A stretch of 63,533 nt of DNA, counting the filler, from Reclinomonas americana ATCC 50394 (taxonomy: Eukaryota), in NCBI GenBank assembly GCA_048213135.1. It is 6 parts of 3 records of this genome, joined end to end, with 100 filler letters (N's around TTAATTAATTAA, not from the genome) between each part and the next. Parts side by side here need not be neighbours in the genome. Positions count along the whole stretch, not along the records: positions 43,897 to 54,762 come from PS015026.1; positions 54,863 to 61,481 come from PS015026.1; positions 61,582 to 63,533 come from PS015028.1; 3 more parts are not named here. One strand, given 5' to 3'. Each line of letters starts with the position of its first letter. Within the stretch, counting starts at the first letter, position 1. A program made the position numbers and the translations under genes. Positions 52,138 to 61,614 of the stretch are shown piece by piece. The notes beneath the pieces are model-generated. The model made no database searches. It had not been told where the DNA came from and was given only the letters and a program-made list of their open reading frames with translations.

Positions 52138-54640
52138 ATGGGTGAGAGCACACGCGTCGCCACTCACTGCTGTCTGACTCTCATGTGCTCTCTCTCTCTC
52201 TCTCTCTCTCATACGCAGGTAACCTGTGCAGTCGACTGTGCGGATCGCGATCGTCGTCTGCATCGGCGCCCAGTCGACGACGATCGTTTCTGGGAGTGGC
52301 CGGTGATGGCGGTGAGGGACGCGAGTTGAGTCCTGTGCAGCGACGTCGACGCGGAGGCAGCGGCAGTGCTGCGGGCGATGATGATGATGACGAGTCGTCA
52401 AGTGCGTCTGTTTGACTGGTGTGATATTTGTGCGTTGTTGTTGACTGTGTTGTTTGTGCAGGTGATCAGGGTGCGACTGTGTTTTGCAGTGCGTGTGTGT
52501 GTGTATGAGTGTGTTCTCATGTGTGCTTGCGCAGTGATGCATATGCAGCGGGATGATGTGGAAGACATTCGCCGGGAAACGCTTGGTGTGTCTCTGTCTG
52601 TCTGTGATCGAACGCGTGTTTGAGTGTTGCTCATCAGTTCGCGTTCACAGTGGCGATGCAGGTTACAAAGATCCGCAGTCAGGTCATGCATCGCTTGCCA
52701 GTGGAGCCGACTCGTTTCGCATGGATTTCGTCTTCATTTGCATGCATGTGATTGCTTTGCTGGCTGTCTAACTTGTGCTTTGTGTGTGGATAGCGGACGG
52801 CGAGCTGTTGCGGCTTGGTCGCGTCCAGCACGACCACTGTGAGTGGCTCGTCAAGATCGTCGGCGGGTCGTCGATATACAAGATGATCGAGGTGCAGGGT
52901 GAGTAATTTGGACAAGATCGATTGTTGGCGATTGCTTTTTCGGTGCTCACGCTTCGCCACACAGACAACGCCGCTGGTGATGCGCTGATTGATGCGCTGG
53001 CCGACATTGTGCCTCTGTGCGCGGGCATCAAGAGTCTGCGAGTCAGCGGTGAGTAGATTGGCTTGCTTGTGATCACGTCGCCCCAACTGATCTGCGATGC
53101 TCGACAGGGCGAGGCGCCGGCGATCGGTCACTTCGACGGCTAGCGGGCGCCCTGGAACGCAACCCGACAGTGGAAACGTGCACCGTGTCTCGTTGCGTGA
53201 ACACTCACACCTGGCAAAGAACCAAGCGTATTCACGCATCTTTTTCTTCGTTCCCCCGTGGCCAGAGTCGAATGCGAGCGATGCCACCGTTGTCGCCTTT
53301 GGTCGAGTCTTGGCCACACATCCAGCTCTTGTCAGCGTCAGCCTTAAGGGTTCGTGGTTGATACAGGAGAGTGTGTGTTCCTCCCATGAATTAAACAGTG
53401 GTATCTCCTGCAGACAACACGGCAGTGACTCCGGCGAGTGCGCCGGCGCTGCTGGATGCTCTGCTCGGTAATCCGCGATTGGAGACTGTCAACTTTAAGA
53501 GTTGTGTCTCGGCGTCGGTACAGTCGACAGTGCCAACTTGTTGGTCGCTTATTTTGGTGTGTCACACAGGAGCAAGCTCGAGTCCCCTGCCGCTGCAGTA
53601 CACGCCGCCGGTGGCCGACGAACTTCGGCGGGTGGCCGACGCCGTGTGGGCGCATCCACGACTCAAATTCTTTATGGGACACCAGCTCACGATGCTGGCA
53701 CAAATGGCCAACGAGCCTACTCTGACGTTGCTTCGTTGCGTTCTCCTCTGTGTGCGGTGACCGGAGCAAAATAGTTGCCTGTGTGCTCATCTCTCTCTCC
53801 TTGGCAGGTGCATGCGACGATTTGGATCTGGCGCTGATTAGTTCGCGCATGGCGCAAGGCGAGGCGCAGACCAAGTCTGTGAAGCTGTCCGGTGAGCCTA
53901 ATGTGCAACGAGATGGCATGGTGGTCGTGAGAGCTTATTATTACTGGTGCAGGTCCACTCACCGACGCCGGTCTGGAGCTGCTGGGTTCCGCGTTGCGCG
54001 CCGTCACCACTCTGTTCCTCATCAGTTTTGTGCACCAGCGCTGCTTGATATCATCCTCTTCCTTCTCCCTGTGCTAAATAATGCGTGTATGTGCGACAGC
54101 GTGCGGCATCTCGAGTGGCGGACTGCGTGCGGTGGTCGCTCATCAAGTACGGCTGCAGACGCTGCGAGATTTGTGCATTCACGGTGTGCCGCGATGCGCT
54201 GTTTGTGCTTTCGATGATGCTGGTGTCTCACACATTCAATGTGCGTGCAGACTGCCCGGACGTTGGCGATGCCGGTGCGGAGGCCATTGCGCAACTCATT
54301 AGCGAATCAAGTGCATTCTCGCGACTGCAATTATCGGGTGTGCACACCCAGATCGCCTCTTGATGTTTGCGAGTGGGCTGCTCACGTTGCTTGCGCATGG
54401 CAGGATGTGGCATTGGCGACCGAGGTGCACGGGCTCTCGCACATGCTGTGGCGTCATCGACGTCGCAGGTGACGCATGTGGATCTGTCGAGTTGCGTTCT
54501 ATTCTGTCGTGCTTTCACCGTCTCTTCTCCTGACGTTGTGTGGGCGACAGGCAACCAAATCACTGTTATTGGCATGGGTGAGTGGCAGCAGACCACAAAG
54601 AGTGACCCGGATACGCTGGAGTGGCTGGGGCTGGCGGGTG
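52138..54640 (+). CDS. RNI-like LRR protein with predicted N-myristoylation/palmitoylation motif (3' end in the gap)
   Basis: ATG G|intron|GT AAC gives MGNLCSRLCG. LRRs DVGDAGAEAIAQLI, GCGIGDRGARALAHAV and VDLSSNQITVIG. Confidence 0.7.
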
Positions 54641-55020
54641 AGTTGATAGAGGGGGAAGGGAGAGAAGGGGGAAGGGAGAAGGGGAAGGGGGGAAGGGAGG
54701 AAGGGGGAAGGGGAAGAGGAAGGAGAGGGGGGAAGGGAAGGGGGAGGGAAGGGGGGGGCGAANNNNNNNNNNNNNNNNNNNNNNNNNNNNNNNNNNNNNN
54801 NNNNNNTTAATTAATTAANNNNNNNNNNNNNNNNNNNNNNNNNNNNNNNNNNNNNNNNNNNNTCCACAACTGGAGAGACACACTCTCTCTCGCTCACATG
54901 CATGCACACTCACCAGCATGTGCGACATGGTCGACGCGGTGTGCTTGTGTTGAAAGTGACAGTGGTGCTGGCTCGCGCGTCACAGAACTGTCCCGAGCCA
55001 TATAACACAACGATTCCTTC

Positions 55021-58000
55021 ATGCTTCGCGCGGTGGCGTCGCGCGTGCACGACATCTTCACGTCGTCGCTATCGACGGTGTTCCAGCGCGGCTCGTCCTC
55101 TGCATCGACCGCGTCCACAACCGCGACATCGCAGCGCGCCATCACCGCCACCCCCAGCAAACCGATCGCGCCTGCTGCTCCCTCTCCACCTCCACCACCA
55201 CCTGCGCCTTCACCATCGTCCTCCTCCTCGCTATGGAGTCGATTGTGCTCGCTGGTGGCGCGCTGGCGGTGGCGATCTGACAGTGAGATGGCCAGCACAG
55301 AAACCACCATCGCCACCGTCGTCGTCGCAGAACCGGCATCGCCTGTGCGCAAGGTGGCCACTGCGGCAACGAACCGCGTGCGCGCACTCCTCTTGCGCCC
55401 CTCTGCCGGTGAGTGTGAAGAGTGTGTGTGTGAAGATTTTTTGTCAGTTTTCAGCGCGCCGAATCTCGGAATGTTCATTTTCGCGCGCGCGACTCCATCT
55501 CTCACACGTGTGTGTGTCTCGTTTGACGTGCAGCGGTCGGTTCCGTGGTCCAGCCGGTGCCGGCGGTGACTCCGGTGTTACCCACCGCCACGTCATCGGC
55601 GTCGTGGTTTTTGCGACGCCTGTTTCTCTTTTTACCGGGCGGAGGAGGTGGAGGTGGAGGTGGTGGCGCATGGTCTTCATCGATGTCTGACAAGACGACT
55701 GTCGTCAGTCAACAACAACAACAACAGCAACCGGTAGCGATGCCGGTGCCGTTGAACGCGTCGCCGGCGCGATCCACCGGTGGACTTCATGTTTCCGTTG
55801 CGTTTCTTTCACTCGGTCTACAGTGGTTTTTCCGCGTTCATTTGTTGTTGACTGTGGAATGGTGCTCGCAGTGGCGCTACGTGTTGGACGGAACGCGTAC
55901 CATGTTTTCTGGTGCTTACGGGCTGCTGCCGTCGGTGGCTGGTCCTGTGCGGAATGTTGCGTCTTGTTGTGTTTTGGTCCCGAGTCGCGTATGTGTGTAA
56001 ACCAACATGTGTTCGTGCGTGGTTAGTTGATGCGTCTATCGGAGCCAGTGGTGTACGCGCGCTCGTTCCCACACACGCGGTCATTGTTCCGCGATCTGGA
56101 TATCGATTGGTTGCATCCACCGCGCATGTTGAGTGCAGTGTCGATCGCGACCGTGTGTATTGTTGGTCACCACTAACACGCACCACTGAGCAGGTTGGTG
56201 TTTGTGGGCAAGCGTCCGCTGCAGGGCGAGTTCCACTACATTCGCTCCGGTACGCCACTCGCCGTGTGTGACGAGGTGTTTGTGACTGCTGACGCTTCTT
56301 TCCGCCCAGTGCTGCGATTTGTCAATGCGGAACATGTCGGCGTCAAGCTGATTGGTGCGTCCCCCTCGTCGCCTGACCAACGCACTGCACGTGATGTATT
56401 CTTAATTCAAGCTGTCTCGCGTGCAGTGTTCGATCGCTCCGTCTTTGGCTGGCGATCATCGCGCGTGCTGTACTTTGACTTNNNNNNNNNNNNNNNNNNN
56501 NNNNNNNNNNNNNNNNNNNNNNNNNNNNNNNNNNNNNNNNNNNNNNNNNNNNNNNNNNNNNNNNNNNNNNNNNNNNNNNNNNNNNNNNNNNNNNNNNNNN
56601 NNNNNNNNNNNNNNNNNNNNNNNNNNNNNNNNNNNNNNNNNNNNNNNNNNNNNNNNNNNNNNNNNNNNNNNNNNNNNNNNNNNNNNNNNNNNNNNNNNNN
56701 NNNNNNNNNNNNNNNNNNNNNNNNNNNNNNNNNNNNNNNNNNNNNNNNNNNNNNNNNACCGCGGCGACAGGTAATGCCGCAGCCAGCCAATGTATCCGCC
56801 ACCCAGTGCATCGGTGCGCTCGCGACGCGCCGCCAGCTGTCGTTCCTGCACGAAGGCGAGCATCTGCTCCACCGACGCGCGACCATGCTGACGCGTCGCA
56901 TTGCGCACAAACGAGGCGATGAATCCCGGCGCAATCTCATCACCCGTCAAAACTGCAGAGTCCACACACAGTGAGTGAGCAGAGAAGAGAGAGAGAGAGA
57001 GAGAGAGAGCAACGCAACACTCCACAAGAGCCGACGAGTAATCGCGGCAGTCGTTGCGGCCGAGACTGTACACTCCCGAGGTCTTCATGTAGGTGCTGTT
57101 GAAACGCTTGACATCGTTCAACGTGCGGTTCGGTCTTGCCGCGCCCACAAATGCCCACTCCTCGGGTTCCAGACGATTCTGTTGTGCGCCACAATGCCAG
57201 TGTCAACGCAAGAAGAAAAACATAAGAAGCGCACAGGCTGGGGGCAAGCGGAGGTCACCTCTTGCACTTTGGCCATCACATCACCGGCGAGCTTGCTGAA
57301 ATCGCCAGCCAGTGCCGGGAGGNNNNNNNNNNNNNNNNNNNNNNNNNNNNNNNNNNNNNNNNNNNNNNNNNNNNNNNNNNNNNNNNNNNNNNNNNNNNNN
57401 NNNNNNNNNNNNNNNNNNNNNNNNNNNNNNNNNNNNNNNNNNNNNNNNNNNNNNNNNNNNNNNNNNNNNNNNNNNNNNNNNNNNNNNNNNNNNNNNNNNN
57501 NNNNNNNNNNNNNNNNNNNNNNNNNNNNNNNNNNNNNNNNNNNNNNNNNNNNNNNNNNNNNNNNNNNNNNNNNNNNNNNNNNNNNNNNNNNNNNNNNNNN
57601 NNNNNNNNNNNNNNNNNNNNNNNNNNNNNNNNNNNNNNNNNNNNNNNNNNNNNNNNNNNNNNNNNNNNNNNNNNNNNNNNNNNNNNNNNNNNNNNNNNNN
57701 NNNNNNNNNNNNNNNNNNNNNNNNNNNNNNNNNNNNNNNNNNNNNNNNNNNNNNNNNNNNNNNNNNNNNNNNNNNNNNNNNNNNNNNNNNNNNNNNNNNN
57801 NNNNNNNNNNNNNNNNNNNNNNNNNNNNNNNNNNNNNNNNNNNNNNNNNNNNNNNNNNNNNNNNNNNNNNNNNNNNNNNNNNNNNNNNNNNNNNNNNNNN
57901 NNNNNNNNNNNNNNNNNNNNNNNNNNNNNNNNNNNNNNNNNNNNNNNNNNNNNNNNNNNNNNNNNNNNNNNNNNNNNNNNNNNNNNNNNNNNNNNNNNNN

Positions 58001-58147
58001 NNNNNNNNNNNNNNNNNNNNNNNNNNNNNNNNNNNNNNNNNNNNNNNNNNNNNNNNNNNNNNNNNNNNNNNNNNNNNNNNNNNNNNNNNNNNNNNNNNNN
58101 NNNNNNNNNNNNNNNNNNNNNNNNNNNNNNNNNNNNCGTGGTACTAG
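55021..58147 (+). CDS. Permuted papain-like (NlpC/P60, PPPDE/LRAT-like) protein; penultimate exons on inverted contig 56758-57322
   Basis: KRPL..EHVGVKL..LYFD-FLP (across the flipped junction)..WAFVG..FNSTY..YSLGRNDCRDYSSALVEFLTG..LSPR-SWY* (58137-58147). His-before-Cys order. Confidence 0.6.
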
Positions 58148-58951
58148 GCTGTGGGATGTGTATTATGTGTGTTCATGTGTGTGTGTGATATCGACCGGTC
58201 GCGTTTCTGCCGAGATTGCGACAGTGTGGTGCTTCTGTATGTGTTTCGTTAGGTTTGTTTTGCGTTCGTCTAAAGTCATGTTGTGTTACTCTCTTCCTTT
58301 TCTCTCTGTCTATGTCTCATTCTGTTAGACCGTGTGGTGTGTGTCTGTGTGTGTGTGTGTTTGCTTGCACAAAAGCTGTAGATTTTTTAAGGATTGTATA
58401 GATGGCCACGGTTTAGGAATGTTGGGTGAACTCACTATTCACTGTGCGAGAAGAGATGGGTACTGTTGGCCATGGACAATGAGTGAGACATCAGATGTCG
58501 TGTTGGCGGACACGGCATGTTCGGATTTTTCTGACAGGTTCACAGAAGTGATGGATATGCCACGAACTTGCGGGCATGTACGCGTTGCGATTTGTTCGCG
58601 CAGTACTGGTCTGGCTGCTGGCTTCAGGAGACAAGTGTGCTGTTGCTGGAACCGGTCTTGTAGGTCTCTGCCACGCGGCGACCGTATCGTGAAACTGTAA
58701 TGTTGGCGGATGTCGATGAGACATTGCACAATGCTCACATTGCAGCAACGGGAGGCGGACGACATCGAGTCTGACGTCTAGTTGGCGCGTTTTTGGATGA
58801 TTTAAGCCGGCGGATGTCGTGTTTTTACTCATTCTTTTTTTCTTGCCTTCCAGGAGCAGAGACCAAGTCCACAAGACAAGGTTTGCCGAGTTGTTTCTGG
58901 TCATTATCTGTGCCCTCCTTCCTTTTCCCTCACCTTTTCCACACGCAGACC

Positions 58952-60730
58952 ATGAGTGCTGCTGATCAACAGGTGACGTTTGTTCCAATGCGGTACGGAT
59001 TGCAGGTTGGCGTGGGAATCGACCAGCTGTCAGGCGCACCCAAGGCCGTGGCGTTTCGCAGCGTGGCGGCGCCGTCTGAGCTCGAAGACAGGGCGCACCA
59101 GGGCTCGCTGCCGTTGGATGAGAAGAGGAAGATCTCGTCACACCACGAGTATGCCGAGTGCATGACGAAGTCGTTCTCTGGCTCGTTCGAGTGCTGGGGC
59201 GGATCCGGTAGCGCCGCGTACGACAGCATGAAGTCGGCGACTGTCACGGAGGACTCGATGGTGCTCGTGCGTTCTCGACGATGGGTCCACTCGTGCAACA
59301 TGCTCTCGATCGACCAGCAGCAAGCGTTGGAGTTGACCCCCGAGGCCGCCATAGTGCTCGCCGACCCTGAACGAGCACGGCGACACGAGTTCACCACTAC
59401 CTACGGTACCGGTTTCATCGCCGGCTACTTGACGATCTCGGAGGTCTTTGCCGGTGCTCAGATCAAGTTCACCAGTCGCGAGAAGAAGGAATCCATCAGT
59501 GCGCGACTGGAGGCGAGCTGGAACGCGCTCGGCTGCAGCGGCGAGGTGGCCGGCAGCTTCTCGAAAGACGTTCGCGAGCTGAACCAGGAGATTATCTTCC
59601 ATGGTTTCGCGAGTGGCGATGGCCTGCCAGGCGGCGTTGATTTGGCCGTGGACCGGATGGAGAGGTACATTACGGACATGACCAGAGCTGGAGACGAACC
59701 TCTCGGAGCTGGGCGGGCGTCCATTGCAATCGTGGTGCCATACTCGAGACTGGCAGCCTTCCAGGCCGCCCTGCAGCAGGGCGGCCCAAACCGCGAACAG
59801 CTCTGCCGGATGATTGACGGGCGACTCCTGGAGCAGACCAACAGACTGTACTACCGCCTGGAGCAGCTGGTCAACAACATTCGCGAGCTTATCCGTGATC
59901 GTCCTCGCGAATACGACGCCCTGCGTGTGGTGGAGAGGGACGTGGAGCGTGTCATTGCCGACCTGCGTTCGCGTCTCACCGAGGACAACTTTGCAACGTT
60001 GTCTGCTGCCGACCCGATTTTCGAAGCACCTCGTCAGTTGCAGGCGCAGTTGAACGCCGCACTGGCACCGCCGCCACCACCACCGCGCCATCGTCGATGG
60101 GGATTCAAGGCCGAGCCGTTTGATGCCAGCTGCATGACGGTGCTCAAGGTCGAATGCGACGGACCGCTTGAACCGTTCGTCGGCGTGCAGTTGCAGGCGC
60201 CGGCTCCGGATCGTGATGGGGCGGCGGCACACTACCACCAGATTGAAGTCACTGGCGAACGCGCCGTGTTCCGCACCGCTCTCTTCAACGTCGTCAAGCA
60301 AATCCGAGTGTGGAGAGTCTCAGGCAAGGCTGATTTGACGCTTGCCGTGTGCTCTCACGGCGCACTTCGTCGCCCGGGTGACTGGGGTGTGGATCCAGCG
60401 GAGCCCGACGCATTCCTGTTCAGGATGCCGAGAGTTGGCGACAGCGACGACATCGACACCGGCGGAGTGGTGCACGTGGAGATCGCAGGCGACATCGATG
60501 TGGCGAAGGCCATGGAGGTCGTCACCATCAACGGCGCCGCCATGCGGCTGGCGTGCCTCAAGGTCCACGGCAACTGCCTCGAGTACCGAACTGCGTTGTA
60601 CAACTGCTTCGAGCACTTGTTTGTCGACACGCACTCCGACCTGCCGCCGCGCATCTTGGAGAGCGGCTTTGTCCACACTTCTGGTGCGGGTGCACCGCAA
60701 CGCTGGGTCGTGTATGAGAAGCAGCTGTAA
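58952..60730 (+). CDS. MACPF/CDC-like pore-forming protein with coiled coil, polyproline linker and tandem duplicated C-terminal domain
   Basis: Uninterrupted 1.78-kb exon with YGLQVGVGID, LELTPEA..EFTTTYGTGFIAGYLT and IKFTSREKKESISARLEAS. An upstream 27-nt exon at 58854-58880 is in phase. Confidence 0.65.
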   Translation: MSAADQQVTFVPMRYGLQVGVGIDQLSGAPKAVAFRSVAAPSELEDRAHQGSLPLDEKRKISSHHEYAECMTKSFSGSFECWGGSGSAAYDSMKSATVTEDSMVLVRSRRWVHSCNMLSIDQQQALELTPEAAIVLADPERARRHEFTTTYGTGFIAGYLTISEVFAGAQIKFTSREKKESISARLEASWNALGCSGEVAGSFSKDVRELNQEIIFHGFASGDGLPGGVDLAVDRMERYITDMTRAGDEPLGAGRASIAIVVPYSRLAAFQAALQQGGPNREQLCRMIDGRLLEQTNRLYYRLEQLVNNIRELIRDRPREYDALRVVERDVERVIADLRSRLTEDNFATLSAADPIFEAPRQLQAQLNAALAPPPPPPRHRRWGFKAEPFDASCMTVLKVECDGPLEPFVGVQLQAPAPDRDGAAAHYHQIEVTGERAVFRTALFNVVKQIRVWRVSGKADLTLAVCSHGALRRPGDWGVDPAEPDAFLFRMPRVGDSDDIDTGGVVHVEIAGDIDVAKAMEVVTINGAAMRLACLKVHGNCLEYRTALYNCFEHLFVDTHSDLPPRILESGFVHTSGAGAPQRWVVYEKQL

Positions 60731-60930
60731 TAAGTGATGATCATGAAGTGTTTCATGTGTTCGTGATTGCACCTCCGGATCCACGAAAGTAGTACCACAG
60801 TCAAGCAGCAGCAAACCGAGTCCTATTGCTCATCCAACATCATGTCAGCGTCAGCAACGGTGGCGTTTCCTCTGCTCCTGCAACGTTCACAACGAAATTG
60901 CGCGCCATTTCGTGATCGATCAATCACACA

Positions 60931-61481
60931 ATGTTTGCTCATCGACGAGCCTTCTTCACCGCCGACGTCCCTGCTCGCATCTCTGATGCGTGGGGTGCGT
61001 AGCCTTCCCCCCCTTCTATCTCTCTCGCTCTCTCCGCATCAGTCGTTCACTTTCCTCTCCGCATCAGTGTCCAAGGGTGGCGACCGAGTGAGCAATGCCG
61101 CTGTCGCCTCCCTCGTGTTTGCCGCCAGTGATAACGAGCTACGCAGTGAGCCACTCAAGCAGTTTCGCTCTCTCCATTCTCTCACTTCAATGCTGTGTGT
61201 GCGTCTCTCTCACACGTTCTCTCGCACTTTCACCACAGACTCGTCGAGCAGGAGTCTTGTGTGGTCTTCAACGCCACGTGGGTGGAGGATGCGATTCTGC
61301 GAACAGAGAGCGCTGGTGCCGGTGGGGGAGTGCGGTTTCCGCCACTCGGCAGCTACATCATTCCGTATCGCGGCGACGGCAATGCCTGGTCGCGTTACAA
61401 TCCTGGGGATCCGCAGGTGGCGCAGGATTTGGCCGACGACCGTGTGCGACGTGCCAAGCAGGTAGCTGAGCTGGAGAAGAA
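60931..61481 (+). CDS. TERB2-like BRCT-domain protein (3' end at the gap)
   Basis: Exons 60931-60994, 61068-61161 and 61239- give MFAHRRAFFTADVPARISDAWVSKGGDRVSNAAVASLVFA..VVFNATWVEDAI..PLGSYIIP. Confidence 0.65.
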
Positions 61482-61614
61482 NNNNNNNNNNNNNNNNNNN
61501 NNNNNNNNNNNNNNNNNNNNNNNNNTTAATTAATTAANNNNNNNNNNNNNNNNNNNNNNNNNNNNNNNNNNNNNNNNNNNNGCCGCGGACGGGAGAATGG
61601 CTGAGAACGTGCAG

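Noticed and set aside
54640-54762. G/A-rich tract and many (GA)n/(GT)n runs
   Set aside because: Ordinary intronic simple repeats. No CRISPR-like, tRNA or rRNA structure was recognised anywhere in the window.
4466-57322. Programmed inversion, scrambled genes or trans-splicing as the explanation for opposite-strand exons
   Set aside because: Every inversion is bounded by N-gaps, has no visible inverted repeats or pointers, and closes perfectly when flipped, which is best explained by mis-scaffolding.
14227-61537. Recurring TTAATTAATTAA palindrome
   Set aside because: Synthetic six-frame-stop linker flanked by fixed-length N runs.
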